A stretch of 64,000 nucleotides of DNA from Bispira polyomma (Eukaryota): NCBI GenBank assembly GCA_965649765.1, contig OZ287750.1, positions 85,312,001 to 85,376,000 on the forward strand, in the 5' to 3' direction. Below are positions 33,389-46,632 of this stretch, piece by piece. Under the pieces are notes generated by a model, which did no database searches, was not told the origin of the DNA, and worked only from the letters and a program-made list of their open reading frames with translations. The number at the start of each line of letters is the position of its first letter. Positions within the stretch are counted from its first letter, which is position 1. The translations under genes and the position numbers were made by a program.

Positions 33389-36123
33389 TTAGAGATGAAG
33401 ATATTGTCCATGTCGTAATACCAAATCATAGTAAAATAGGTTGAAGCCATCCATTTTTATTAGTCTTTTATGGAAATAAGAGGAAGGGTAATCAAGTTTA
33501 CTATTCATCTTTATACAGACGTTAGATTTCATTACTTCAAAGTGAAATCTGTGGTCTGGTATTATTCAGATATAGAACCTTTTGTGTAAAGACGGAGACT
33601 GGGGATAAAAGAGTTCTGAATAAAGGGCTAAATTATATTGAGCAGCTATGGTCTTCAATAACCCCTTTATTGAAAGAGCTTTTCTCAAATACCTTTTCTT
33701 CCCAAATGAGACTGTTGCTTCACATGAACAGATAGATTGTTTGCAATACATTGGCTAACAAAATAACAACATTACATATAAAATACTAGAGGCACATACC
33801 ACATCCAAGGTGCCAAAATTCAACCTAGATCCGCCCAAAAATTAAATGGATTCTTCCTTGGCCTATGCCCCATCCCTATACCAGTCCATGTTAGTTCCAT
33901 ACAGATTGCCCCATCCCTGTACCAGTCCACATTTGTTCCATACAGATTGCGTTATCCCTGTACAACATTGGAAGAAAATTGTTTCAGTAGTTTTTTGGTG
34001 TGACAAAATAAGTAACCAACCAGTGGACTACAGTCACAAAGAGTTCTGAATAAAGGGCTAAATTATATTGAGCAGCTATGGTCTTCAATAACCCCCTTTT
34101 TGAAAGAGCTTTTCTGTAATACCTTTTCTTCCCAAATGAGACTGTTGCTTCACATGTACAGATAGATTGTTTTCAAATCATTGGCTAACAAAATAACAAC
34201 ATTACATATAAAATACTAGAGGTACTTAGTAGAGTGCATATCTCTTTCAATGTGCAAAAATCCAACACAGATCTGCCCAAAAATTTAATGGATTCTTCCT
34301 TGGCCCATGGTCCATCCCTGTACCAGTCCACCTTAGTTCTGTACAGATTGTCTGATCCCTGTACCAGCTTACGTTAGTTCCAGAAGTGTACGATGAATGC
34401 AAAGCTGGCAGAAGGGCTCTCAGTAGATCACATATCTCCTCCAAGAATGAATTCTTGTTGGGCCCATGCCCCATCCCCAACAACATTATAAAGATAGGAA
34501 GTGTGCATCGAATACAAAGCTGTCAGTACGGTATTTGTGGCTGTACTTTATCTGAGCGAAATAAGTACAAATTTATCATGAAGTGATATGGATGAAAAGA
34601 GTTCACAATAAGTTGGAAAATATGTTTTTAATTGCTTTATTGGTTTTATACTAGAAATCAAGTCCTGAGGCTTTTTACTTAACAACAAGCGCATCAGTCA
34701 GCCGATGGGGAAGTCCAAATATAGCCATAATCTCAATGTAGGATGTCACACAGGGAGCGAATTAAGGGGGTACATGAGTTTTGGCGAGATAGGTTTCAAC
34801 CATTATCAAACTCTCCAACCGAGAGTGGGACTTCTCTGATATGTACTCTTCAGTTGCTAAAACGACAGGAATACCTAAATTTCAAAATGTCGTCATCTAG
34901 GTGTGCATTCACATCACTATAATAATTGAATCTAAGAGTCTATTATTATGAGAGCAAATATGGCTGGTATTCGTAAAAAGTCTTAACTTTTTGTCTCCAG
35001 CAATTTGATTGGCTGAATATTTTTTTTTAAAGAATCTGATTTGGCTAAGGCTAAAAAAATTCTGAGAATGTTTGTCCGACTGATCGGCCGATACACACTC
35101 ACTCGCAGAGGTTATCTAACATGTTTAAAATTCTCTGTGACCTCCCCGATTAGAATAGACAAGTCTTTTCATCAAAAGATAAGTTGTTAGTAGGGCGAAG
35201 GGTCCATGTTGATGGCCCCTGAACTTATAATCGTGGGTAATTCAATTCGTGGCTGTGTGTGTGTGTGTGGAAGGGGGGGGTTCACTTGAAGAGTACCAAA
35301 ATATTTTTAATTTAACAACAGAAATCTATGTTACTACTGAAACAAACAGAATAAAAGGAAATTGTTTTTTTTTTTTTCTTGTCATTAAATTGGTACGCCT
35401 GGGCATACTGGCGTTAATAGTAGCTACGCCCCTGTCCAGGGCTTCTGTAAACAGTTACTTATTTCACACCAACGGTAGTGGAACAATCATTGGGGGTTTT
35501 GTAGTAAAAAAAATAAAAGTAACCATAAAATGCAGAAATGTAGATTTTCTGCATCACCCCTTACTTCATTTTGTGGGTACAAAAAGGGACAGAATGCTAA
35601 TTGCATCTCAGGAAGACACTGTAAAATGCCACAATTTCACCACGATCATAATGGACAAAGTTTTACTGGTATAATGTGTTTTGGTTAATGTTCAACTATA
35701 AGTCCTCAAATAAACAGGATAAAACTCTTAACTCTTCACTAATAATTAAAGTAATCTAATTTATTATAACATATAAATTAATCATGTGTACAACAAAAAC
35801 AAAGTAAACAAAATATTCATTCAAGACTATAATTCCAGATTTTACAGTAATCTTAAATTTGTTCCATCTACCACTAATTACCAATCAGTAGCCGCCACAA
35901 AAAGCTGTGTGGAGTTCATTCGAAGTGCACACTAATAAGATGTGACATAATGCCATTGCATACCAACAACTTGGCTTCATATTTTGTCGCTTCCGTGTGT
36001 GTTTTAATTGACAACCCTTCTCATAGAAACAACATAGAAGGATGTCAACAACAACAACACTTAGACATTACCGCCTGTCACTCAAATGTCCTCCTCGATG
36101 TCGTCATCAGTTTGATTGTAAAA

Positions 36124-36330
36124 AACAAGAGTTATCTGATAAAAAAAGACACATACGCACGGTGTGAAATACACTAACGTTAATATCGCCATTCTATATT
36201 CAAGCAGGCTTCTCAGCCCTCTGTTTTGGACAGGTCGATTGCTTCCAACCAATCTATGAAGGCCTTACATATTATTTCTGAGAAGGCAGCGCCCTTTTTA
36301 AAGATGGTGGCACCCTTTTTTAGGATAAAA
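36124..36330 (+). mobile_element. Interspersed short repeat, Helentron-like (copies at ~37923-38140, ~45932-46158 and a short form at ~42334-42390)
   Basis: AACAAGAG start and a GTGTGAAATACACTAACGTT core; the other copies end near (C/T)TGATAAAAA. Confidence 0.6.
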
Positions 36331-37228
36331 ATCCTTCATATTTTCACCGCTTGGTATTGTGAAAATGAATAATATACTTTCTATACATGCCATAATATAT
36401 ATTCTGCTACCTAAAAATAAAGTTAAATATGTGGGAATAGTAAAAAGTAACTATTAAACGTACGTCTGCTGGTTTACTACTTAACTCTGATCACGAACCT
36501 TTTCCTTCTGTCAGATCAAACAATTCGTTAGGATCACGATTGACATTTAATTTACAGCAAAAAAAGGTATATAAATTAGAGTAAGGGAAGATCTAAGCAT
36601 GTGAAAAGACAAACAATTTCATGGTAAAAGTATATCTGTAAAGTTTGCTGGCTGGAAATTTGGCAATGAATGTGACAAAATGAATGGGTTTAATACAATA
36701 ATCAGAACTTTGAAATGTCTAAATGTGATTTTAACAACATTTACCGGCTTTGGTCTTCGGGGTATAACATCTGTTAATTGTTATATATATTTATAAAGCC
36801 CCCTACATTGCGTGTTTAGTTTAGTTTGGGTCTTGTGTCAAGATGGGCAATTCACTGGTGGAGGAGATCAGAACATGCACATGACCAGCTTTCAGCAAAT
36901 ATACTGTAAACTTCTATACAGACACCAAAGCTCCTACCTAAGATGGTTAAAACCTAAGTGATTTTGAATTGAGATCTCAGTGTGATGCTTAAATGATGAA
37001 GATTGCAATGAAGATTGCCGGTGATCGAGTTTAAAACGAGTTAACAATGTCTACGTCACACCTGGTGGCTATCGAGTACATAAATGTCCCCCTCCCCCAC
37101 AGCCATGAGCGGCCATGGTGAAACAGTGCAAGAATTCAGTTTTAAATTGTTAGAATCACTAGGGTTGAATTGACCACACATTGGAATCGTAAGTAGTTAA
37201 ATATGGAACACCCCAGACATGTCAGCAG

Positions 37229-37561
37229 TTCACAACATTTGCCATGTGATTTCGCCTAATTAGACATTACCATTGCTTCTATACAGAATGTGAGCCGTTC
37301 CGAACTTGATGCACAAGCGTCTGAACTGGCCATGGCGTTTTTAACCATCGTTAAAAGAATGCACCAGTCGCACAAATGGATGAGGTGTACTCGAGTTAGT
37401 GGCGAGTTGTTAACACAACTTTCACACAACTCAATCACTGTAGTTGCCCCTAAATCTATTCCAACCAGTTTACAACCAGTACAAATTATTGAAGGTCGGT
37501 TTAGATAACACAGATTACCTAAAAGTTGCTAGCTAAAATGTTGTGAAATGGGACGAGGCTT
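37229..37561. mobile_element. Probable MITE remnant
   Basis: Inverted pair TTCACAACATTT (~37229) / AAATGTTGTGAA (~37536); right end GGGACGAGGCT-TA. Confidence 0.4.
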
Positions 37562-39141
37562 ATATTGGTAAACCATTACAAGGGTCCAGGTTGTATTTTA
37601 AGCCCTATGATTGTTCTGTAAACAATACCTTTTATCATTCATATTTTCCTACATTTTACCCAATATAATGAATATAAATTGCATGTAAAAAATACTAAAA
37701 ATTATTGCATTTTGGTGGAAAAGCTCGGCCATATTGATTTACTTAGCCTACGTAAGAGAAATACAATACAAGGAAATGACATACATTGAAAGTACATTTG
37801 GTTTTGCTATAATAATTGATATTATTAGTTGCCTACTAACACAGTCAAAACGTGCAGTATAAACAGACAGTGCTATAAAATACTACCAGAAATATTCCCT
37901 CTCAAAATCAATGCAACCTGGAAACAAGAGTTGTCTTTTAAAAAACTACATAGGCGCATAGTGTGAAATACGCTAACGTTGATATTGCCACTTTATACCC
38001 AATGAAAATATGACACCCCTCAGTTTTGATGGGTTGATTTATTTTAACCAATCCATGAAGGGCTTACATATTATTTCTTAAGATGGTGGCGGCACACATT
38101 TGAGAATAAAAACAATATCAGGCCATGCCTGATAAAAAACAATCCATTCGGTAATCTAGATTTATTTACTGGTTCTGATTGGCTTTGTTAGTAATGTTGA
38201 CACGTTTCTAAGACTCGTTCTGTGGGATATTTTATGATCGGTTCTGAATTAGACACAATTAATAGGTATTTTACGTGACTAACTCGGCAGGCAATGTTTG
38301 TATCATGAGTCTAAATTAGCTACAATAACAGAAACGGGTTTGGATGGAGGTGGAGAAACCTTATGTAAAGCTTTATTTTCAGTAGAAATAATTGAATATT
38401 GAAAATGAATTATTTATTGTCCAATAGGTTAATTGCTTTGTACTACCTGACTATTAGTAGGACGAGCAAAAAGATTTGATTATTATATTTGCCAAAATTT
38501 ATGGAAAATGTGAGAAAACAAGTCTTGTAAACAAGAATCTATGCAAACGCCAATCTGATCAATTTGAACTTTTGTTATCATAAAAAAGTACAGTTTCACT
38601 TCAGGTATTTTGGAACACAAAAGAAAACCACATTTACATTAAAAAAAGTAAATCAGTTACTATAAAAAATAATTTCTGTAAAGCAGACATTTTTGATTGT
38701 GGCATGAGATGTTAAAATTGACTAGCCCCCAAATATTCTCAAACTATGTACTTTTTGAGTAGAAACTAGTTAATGTCTTTAATATAAAATGTAAAACACC
38801 AGTTGACATCAAATATTTGTTAATGAAAAAAACAACAACTAATTATCAAACTCATGCATTACTATCTAGTAGCAATACAAATATTGTTAGTTACTTGAAT
38901 CTTAGTAGATTTTACACAAAGACATCGTGTCTGAATTTAGCGATTTGCTAATTTTCTTTTTTACATGTATGTTTTAATATGTTTCATCCTTTGGCATACA
39001 ATTTCTGGAATTAATGACTAAATGGAATAATATCTGTATTCTAATTTATATACATACTGCAGTTTATCTCTCCGATTTCTTGAATACAGCCTACCAGTGA
39101 ATGTAAATTTGCTGAACTGAAGAATTGTTTCTTTTTTTTTT

Positions 39142-39375
39142 TGAATGGGATATTTTAACGTCCACTCTAGTACCTGTTTAGGTTATATTGGGCCGGGTAG
39201 TTGGAAACGCTGGAGGAAACACTGCATACAGTTGATCAAGACTCTGCACTGAAACCAGCGGCCCACAGTAAAGAACTGCCACCTTTCCCACTTAGGCATC
39301 GACGGGATTCGAACTCACGCAGCCCAGAGGTGAGAGACCAGTGATTGTAATGCCCAATGCTTGTTAACCACTAGC
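39142..39375 (-). mobile_element. tRNA-derived SINE, family 1
   Basis: Close match to 50765-51001, 51422-51632 and 59066-59279; B box GTTCGAATCC. Confidence 0.85.
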
Positions 39376-39574
39376 TTTTTATTGCTTCATTTGTGTGTTT
39401 TTTAATCAAGCGTGGCACAACATTGTTTTGTTTTTGTTTTTTAAAAGACCACTCTGGTTAAAGCATAACAGGCACTCCAACTTGGAACAACAAATACTGG
39501 ACAAAATCTAGGACAAAAACTTATTATATGTATAATAGAGGTTTGGCGTGACCGAAAAAAATGGGCTCATTCCA

Positions 39575-40350
39575 TTTAGAATTTTATTTAGGTTTACATT
39601 GCTTTCAACGCATTAGGTCATATCACGATGGCCAGATTATAATGATGAAAGAAACCACCGACCTACAATAAGTACTTGACAAACTTTGTCACATAATGGT
39701 GCATTCACGTTGTCCAAGTTCATGCCCCGGCATCGCCCGGTCATTGCTGTTTCCTCAAGACCTGAAGAACTTGGCTGAATTTGGCCGAACTTGCGAGAAA
39801 AGGCGGGAAAATTACCATTTCCATTTGCATAAATTTGTATCCCCCCGTTTTTGACCCGTTTTAGACCCGTTTTTGACCCGTTTTTGACCCATTTACCCCA
39901 CTTTATGCCAAGGTTATGCCAAGGTTTTCTTAATTTCTCTCCAGTTCTGGCCAGCTCACACAAGTTTTAAGCAGTTTTACACAAGTTCTGAGTAGTTTAA
40001 CTCCCGTTTACGCCCTCATTGGCATTACCCCAGCATTGCCGTTTTCTCAAGTTCGCCCAAGTTCTCTGAAGATGTGTTTTCAGAGCCGTCCACACACGAA
40101 AGTTTTGAACATGTTCAAAATTTCCGGCTGTAGCTCCCGTTCTTGCCGTTCGCCCCAGTTTGCCCCAGTTCTACACCCATTTCTCAGACTTTTGTTTAAG
40201 TTCTCAAAAGTTCTCAGAATGGGTAAAGAAGGCTCCAAGAACACGGACAGTGTGAATGGGGTATAAGGGAACAAACAGAATTCGAACCAACATGGGTTAG
40301 AGGCCAGTGATTATTAGCAAGTTTTGTTAACCACTAAGCCACTGCCGACT
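39575..40350 (-). mobile_element. Older tRNA-SINE, family 2, interrupted by a MITE (related copies at ~41205-41420 -, ~42013-42225 + and ~42997-43180 +)
   Basis: A-box-like TGGCTTAGTGG, GTTCGAATTC, and a GATATGACCTAATGCGTTGAAAGC tail shared among copies. Confidence 0.65.
39697..40263. mobile_element. Harbinger-type MITE with TAA TSD nested in a SINE
   Basis: TIR cores CATTCACGTTGTCC / GGACAGTGTGAATG; TAA at 39694-39696 and 40264-40266; internal GACCCGTTTT subrepeats. Confidence 0.75.
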
Positions 40351-43261
40351 CAGGCGAATCATTCGCCCTTCAGGTTAACTATTAAAAGAAAGCCTGAAAC
40401 ATAGTGATACAAATACATGCATTAAAGGCTTACCTAAAACCCCAGTGGATGCAAAATAATGAGTCACCTGAGCACAGGATTTGTTCTTTCTGAAGCAGTA
40501 CAGTAAATCAATTCAACGAAAGCAGCTTATGGTGAAATGTATTGCTCTTAAGCATCACTTGTAGCAGCACATAATAAACTAATGCTGATTGAAAATTGAT
40601 TAGAGCTAAGATGATTGTGGTAGCGTTAGATTGCGTGGGTCTGAAGTACTTATAAGTAGCAACTTAAAGCCAATCAGTGAGGGATTATGGGAAATACTGG
40701 TCTAGTGTCTAAGTATTCCCTATTTTTAATTTGATGGTTTACCTAGCATACATAAAACCCCTTTGCAAAGAAGTTAAAAGTGAACAGAAATCTTCCTTAA
40801 AAAAAGAGTCAGAGCTAAACTTTAGAATATATTTCAAAGCAAATTATGTTTTTTATATAGCTTTATATATATATATACCTTGACTTTGTTAAGAATCCCT
40901 GAAATGTATTTGTGAATGTTTATACACAGCAGAAGCTGTAGAGTTTGGTTTTTTTACAATGTGCATGGACAAATATTCCAAGCTGACGGAACTCCCAAGT
41001 TTTTTTGGTATTTGTGAATGTTTATTCACAGTGAAAGCTTTCCGGTTTTTTTTCACAATGAGCATGGACAAACATTCCAAGCTAAAAGAACTCCTACTTG
41101 TTTTAACTATACCCTGACTCTCCAAACTACAAAACCAATGGTACATGTATCTCACATATGTGCATTTCTTGGTACAGGTTCAATTGGCCTTGGATATAAA
41201 ATTTGAATTTAATTGGGTTTTTATGTCGTTTTCAACAGTGTAGGTCATATTGCGACTGCCAAATTTAAGGGTGGAAGAAACCAGTACTGAAGCCACTGTA
41301 AACCTTAGGCCCACATGACGTGCCTCACAAACTTTCTCATATGATGGAACAAAAAGGGATTTGTGACAGCTCAGTGATTATAAAACAGGTGCTTCTAACC
41401 ATTAGGTCACTGTGGCTCCTCAATTAGTCTTGGTGGTGTTGTGGTAACACTCTCACATCTATGTAGGGAACTTGGCAGCAAATTTGTGAAAGGTTGGTGT
41501 GTTGTTGTTTAGAAGTCTTGACCAACTACCATTTTGCACTTTTTCGTTAATCAATAAACTGTCAACCGAGATATGATACACATTTGATGAAGATTACATT
41601 AAACCCAAACTAAACCATTAGGATTCTTGCTTTGCTAAGGTTTCCTGAACTAAGAAATCTGTATTTTATTAAACTGAAAGAAGTGAACACAACTGTTACC
41701 ATGTATAAGGGCTGTGAATGATCAATCGAGTGCATCTTTCCAACTCAATTCTTTTTGCTAACGAAGTGTGCAAAAATACCTTATAAATCTGCATTTTCCT
41801 ATCAGTAATATCAATACATCTTTGAGTTTTTATACAATAATCATCATTCATGACATAATCTACCAAATCACATGAAAAATTCAGTATGTTTTGTGCAAAT
41901 TTTTGTTGCAGTATGCAGCCATATTGTTTACCACAATGCTTGTGTATGGTGTATACTAAAGTGCATGTGCACTCAAAGTTCAGGCAAGTATCAAAGAGGA
42001 ATTGAGCGACCCCAGGGGAAGCAGTAGCCTAGTAGTTAAGAACACTGGGTCTTGCTAATAATCACTGGCCTTTCACTAGTGTTGGTTGTAATCCTGTTTG
42101 TTCCCTCATGTGATAAAGCATGTCAGGTACTTACAGTAGACGATACTTTGCACTAGTTTCTTCTACTATTAAAATCGAGCCACAGTGATATGACCTAGTG
42201 TGTCAAAAGGAATGAAAACCTAAATTGACTGACCCATTTATGTACCTGCCCCGTCTCTATCCTATATATATAATATGTTATCATAGATCTTGTTCAACAT
42301 TTGTTGTTGCTGGTTGAATTGCCAGTTATAGTGTAACAAGAGTTGTCTTTTAACCAAAAAAAACATTATCCGGCGGTGCCTGATAAAAAACACATCTACA
42401 CATCCATAGAAACTGTTACACGTACATGTCATCCCCGAGTAAAACATTCCAACCATCATCTGCATTAAGATGATATGTCAAAGCGTGACCTATAACGTAA
42501 GGCAGAAGTAAAGCAATAAAAACAGAGATAAAAGCACCCCTTTATCACAGGGAAACAGTAAAGAAAAAATACAGTGCGAGAGTGAATGTAAATAGATTAG
42601 AGTAAGCTAGGAAAAGCATCTTAAAGGATGCTTCAAAATTGTGATGTGGGCTTTTCATCAAATAGAAGAGAAAAGCTTTTTGATGCCAAAGTCTGTGCCC
42701 AAAAAAAAATTCAATGCTGTCAGAGAAGAGGAACATACTTTAAAATAAAAAAAAAAACAATCCAGACTGCTATCTCTTACCATTTGAGGAAAGTCTGTGT
42801 GAGTGTGTGTTAGTTTTCTTTTGCTGATGTAATAGGAAGAGGGTTTGAAACATTCTGTCTTGTCACGTGATCTGAATGGTTTCTTCGTGCAACCCTGCCA
42901 TAGATTCATTTGATATAACCTATTGTCCTTCCCTACAAGACCAAAAATACACAGAAGATACTGTGCTTCTAGAGGTTTTAGTTCTGTTTTGTTATTAGGG
43001 ACAGCGGTGGCCCAATGGTTAGAAGAGTTCGAAGTACTTCACAAAAACTGGTCTCCCACTAATGTACTATGTTGGTTTGTCAGGTACTTGATGTAGGTCA
43101 GGTGTCTACAGTGCCACCATCATTAAATCTGATCCTTGTGATTTGATCTAAGCTGTTGAAAACGACTTAAAAACCCACTAAATTTTAAATTTTAATTCTG
43201 TTTTGATATTTACATAATTCCTCATAGAGCTGTCACATAGGTAGTAACTTAAAATAAAGGT

Positions 43262-43272
43262 TTTTATTATTA

Positions 43273-43303
<31 letters not shown>

Positions 43304-43341
43304 ATAATGATAATAATAATAATAATTATTATTATTATTAT
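43262..43341. repeat. (ATT)n/(AAT)n microsatellite
   Basis: Direct reading. Confidence 0.95.
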
Positions 43342-43739
43342 GGGACTTCCGTGAGGTACAATGCACCAGTTACGCTTCCTTTGCTAGAAGTAGCAATTTC
43401 CAATGCATTTTGTCACCACAGTACAACTCTAAGTCCAGGGACAAAATCAGATGGCCAACAATGAAATCAACCAAAACTGCAGAAAAACTATGGTAGGTGA
43501 GCAATGAAATAAACAACAATCTGCTACAAACTGCATTGAAGTGTCCCAGAGTCAATAACATGGAACGATAAGCTATTCCAAAGTTAAGGGCTAACATGAC
43601 AAACATTTTTGCTTTAATTAAAGCTTGTGAATTTAAAAATCATTTGAAAAAAACATGGAAGTGTCTATAGCTTACTTGGGTTACTGTGCTCGGTACCGGT
43701 TTGTCAGAGATAACGTCATCGGTAAAAGCTTTAAATCGT

Positions 43740-44090
43740 TTAGAAGTTCAAAGGTAAAGTGTTTAAAAATTATAGTGGATCTCTTTAATGCACAATGTCT
43801 GTTGACTGGCAGGTATTACAACTGATGTATGGGAACATAGAAGAGTAGTTAAACAGACGATATAACAGAGTTTGAATTCATTACAGTGTTACTTTTAAGA
43901 ATTCGAAAAACAGAGTTACAATAACCCACACTAATATTGACAAATGCATAAGCAGCAGTAATTGTTCCTAAATTTGACAAGAACCTTCTTATATGTCTGA
44001 AGTCTGTGAGATCTACCCAAATGGATAATTTGAAAAATGACATTGAGATGAGAAGAGAAATAGACATCTGCACAAACAAAAAGACAACCA
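43740..44090 (-). mobile_element. Degenerate L2-type LINE RT C-terminal fragment
   Basis: FRHIRRFLS...AAYAFVNISVGYCNSVF resembles the L2 motif LxxIRxxL...AxVxSxLDYCNSL; LPV-like motif downstream. Confidence 0.6.
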
Positions 44091-46282
44091 GTAGACATTC
44101 TTTACTACCTCAAGTATCAGAATCAATTTGGTTTGAGCAAGTGGTCTCTTTTGGGGTGTTATGACAATAATATAAAGATGTTCATTGAAGAAAATTTACA
44201 CAACATCGATTATGGACCTGGGGTCTTGGGCTGACCAGGTACAGGCAGATATATAGTGGTTTGGATGACCACTTAAAATGGTGGTTATCTGTCACTGGGC
44301 TCTATTTCAAGTGATGGGCTCAAGAGCTTCTTGAAGATGTCGAATATTAGCCACACTCTAGCATGTGTCTTCAGTATGGAATGTAGTTTGGTTTTACGTC
44401 GCTTACAGCAGTATAGGTCATATCACATGACTGTGAAGTCGAATATATAACTGAATAACTATCTTCATACAGTCAGTCAATTCTTCATACACAGCACCCT
44501 TTCATCATTTAAATGGCAGTGAAGATACTCAAGAGACCATTTTTGCATTTCCACATTATTAAAGGAAATCACTAAAGGAAGAAACCCCCCCCACAAAATA
44601 CACTTCATTCCTTTAACAGAGATAGGCACTCTTTATGCAAACCCTAACCATTATCATCAGGTAATGGTCATCTTAACCTTACATTTTAACTGTTAACCAA
44701 AATAATTAGCTGGTAGTTTAGATAACATAGGTTTTTGGGGCCACTATAAATTGCCTCTATATACAATAAGTAAATCCTATTCTTGGGCATAGTAGTCTAA
44801 CTAACAATGCGGTTAGATTTTTAATGCTGCAAGATATGTGTATGTTCAAACAAAGTGTACCAAATGTTGGTCTGTTGAAGATAACTCATTGTGAAAAGAT
44901 TAAGGCATTACAGAACCCTTAATGACTGGGACCTTTGGTCAACACTCATTTCTAGCCGAGTCTATTTGTTCCAAACACCTAGACGAAGCATCCACATTGA
45001 TTCTTTCCCAGAATAAACATCCCCCTATTCTGTGCCTGTGTAAAACCATTTAGGGATCTGTGAAGACAGCTTATATAAAACAGAGGCCTTCATTTTAAGT
45101 CTAAGAAGTTAAGCTATAAGTTTTGACATTGTTTAAGCCATTCTTGTATAATACTTTTTTTTTTCTAGAATATGAAAATATTCCTCTGTAGAGGTTAAAA
45201 AATTAAGATTATATCAATATCACAAATTTTTATATTTTTGCAATATATGATGACGTAGTTTAAGAAACAACTACTGATGTATTTATATCAGATTTTGTCT
45301 CTTGGTGTTTTTCATCAGTGCAGTGAACAGTTCCTTGAAATGACAACTATAAACCATAATTACATTGTGTAAAATGTCTCAGAAATGGAACTGAGGAAGT
45401 CATACACCAGAGTTTATTAGAAAGCTGAATTGGATTGAGATTGTACATGACACTAGAATGGCCCAATAAAAAGATTCTAGTCTTTACCGCCAGGGTCAGA
45501 TTTAAGTGAAATAAGAAAACTCTTTTTTTTATTAATTGTTATTTGTAAATGTTATAAAGAAAACTCTGCAATATCATATTATGAAAAAGCAAGCATACAG
45601 AATAAGTGATGTTTTAGGATTATTTAATTTTTGTATAAATTTATTGGAACAGTAGTTTGATCTTTAATAGTAATTCTTTTTATTATCAATATATTTCAGA
45701 TAACATGATAAATATTTATAGGAATACATAAAAACTGGACAAAGTACCATTATAATGATTTTTTATAATAACTGTATTTTCTTGGATTAGCTTCCTATAC
45801 ATTGTACAGATTTGTAATATCTAGCTGACAACTATCTTATCTGCATTCTCCAGAGTGACAGGTTTAAGACATGTTCCAGAAATATTGGGGTTATTGGGTA
45901 CACCAGATGTAGCATCAAACCGTGCATTCATAACAAGAGTGGTCTTTTAAAAAGACTCAGACACACAGTGTGAAATACACTAATGTTGATATGGCCACTA
46001 TATATTCAGGCAAGTCTGACACCCCTCAGTTTGGACAGCTCGATCGCTTTCAATCAATTTATGAAGGCCTTACATATTATTTAAAAGATGACAGCGCCCT
46101 TTTCAATGGCGGCACACTTTTCAGAATGAAAACAACATCTGGCTGTGCTTGATAAAAAGCAAAGGGCTTTGTTTAGTTTTGCTATGACATGAAATCTTAT
46201 TTGCTCACGCCATAAACATGTTTAGCAACAGACACAAACAGAAAAAAATGGTATTTTTTTTTTATATTGTAGTATAACATTT

Positions 46283-46632
46283 AGCCAAGGCTTCCTTTCA
46301 GCATGTTTTTCTCGGCCGACGTCGACAGACATCGGCCGATTTTGTCAGTCATTCCTGAATATTACTAAGTGCTTCCATTCAACATATTTGCTGCAGATCA
46401 AATCAGACATCGGCCGACGTCTGTTCCCCCATCAGATATTATCAGTCAGGGAACGAAAAAATCGGGAGGTTTGTTTGATTTTAACAAAAATTAAGAAGAA
46501 AGAAAAAAATTCTCACACTATTTGACATACTACATATCTGATAAAAGGAAGCGCTACATCGGCTGATGTCAGATCGGCTCGGATTTTAAGAAATCGGCCG
46601 ATGTAGGTGACTGCTGTAAGGAAGCCCAGGCT
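46283..46632. mobile_element. MITE
   Basis: TIRs AGCCAAGGCTTCCTTTCAGCA / TGCTGTAAGGAAGCCCAGGCT; internal TCGGCCGA repeats; empty paralogous site at ~48490. Confidence 0.75.

Larger units (their letters stand above)
15808..34300 (+). repeat. Tandem segmental duplication: three macro-units (~15808-21219, ~21220-26865, ~26866-34035) plus a partial copy (~34036-34300)
   Basis: Collinear shared sequence starting at AGAAATGGCAATAAATATT. Each unit carries different later insertions. Confidence 0.92.
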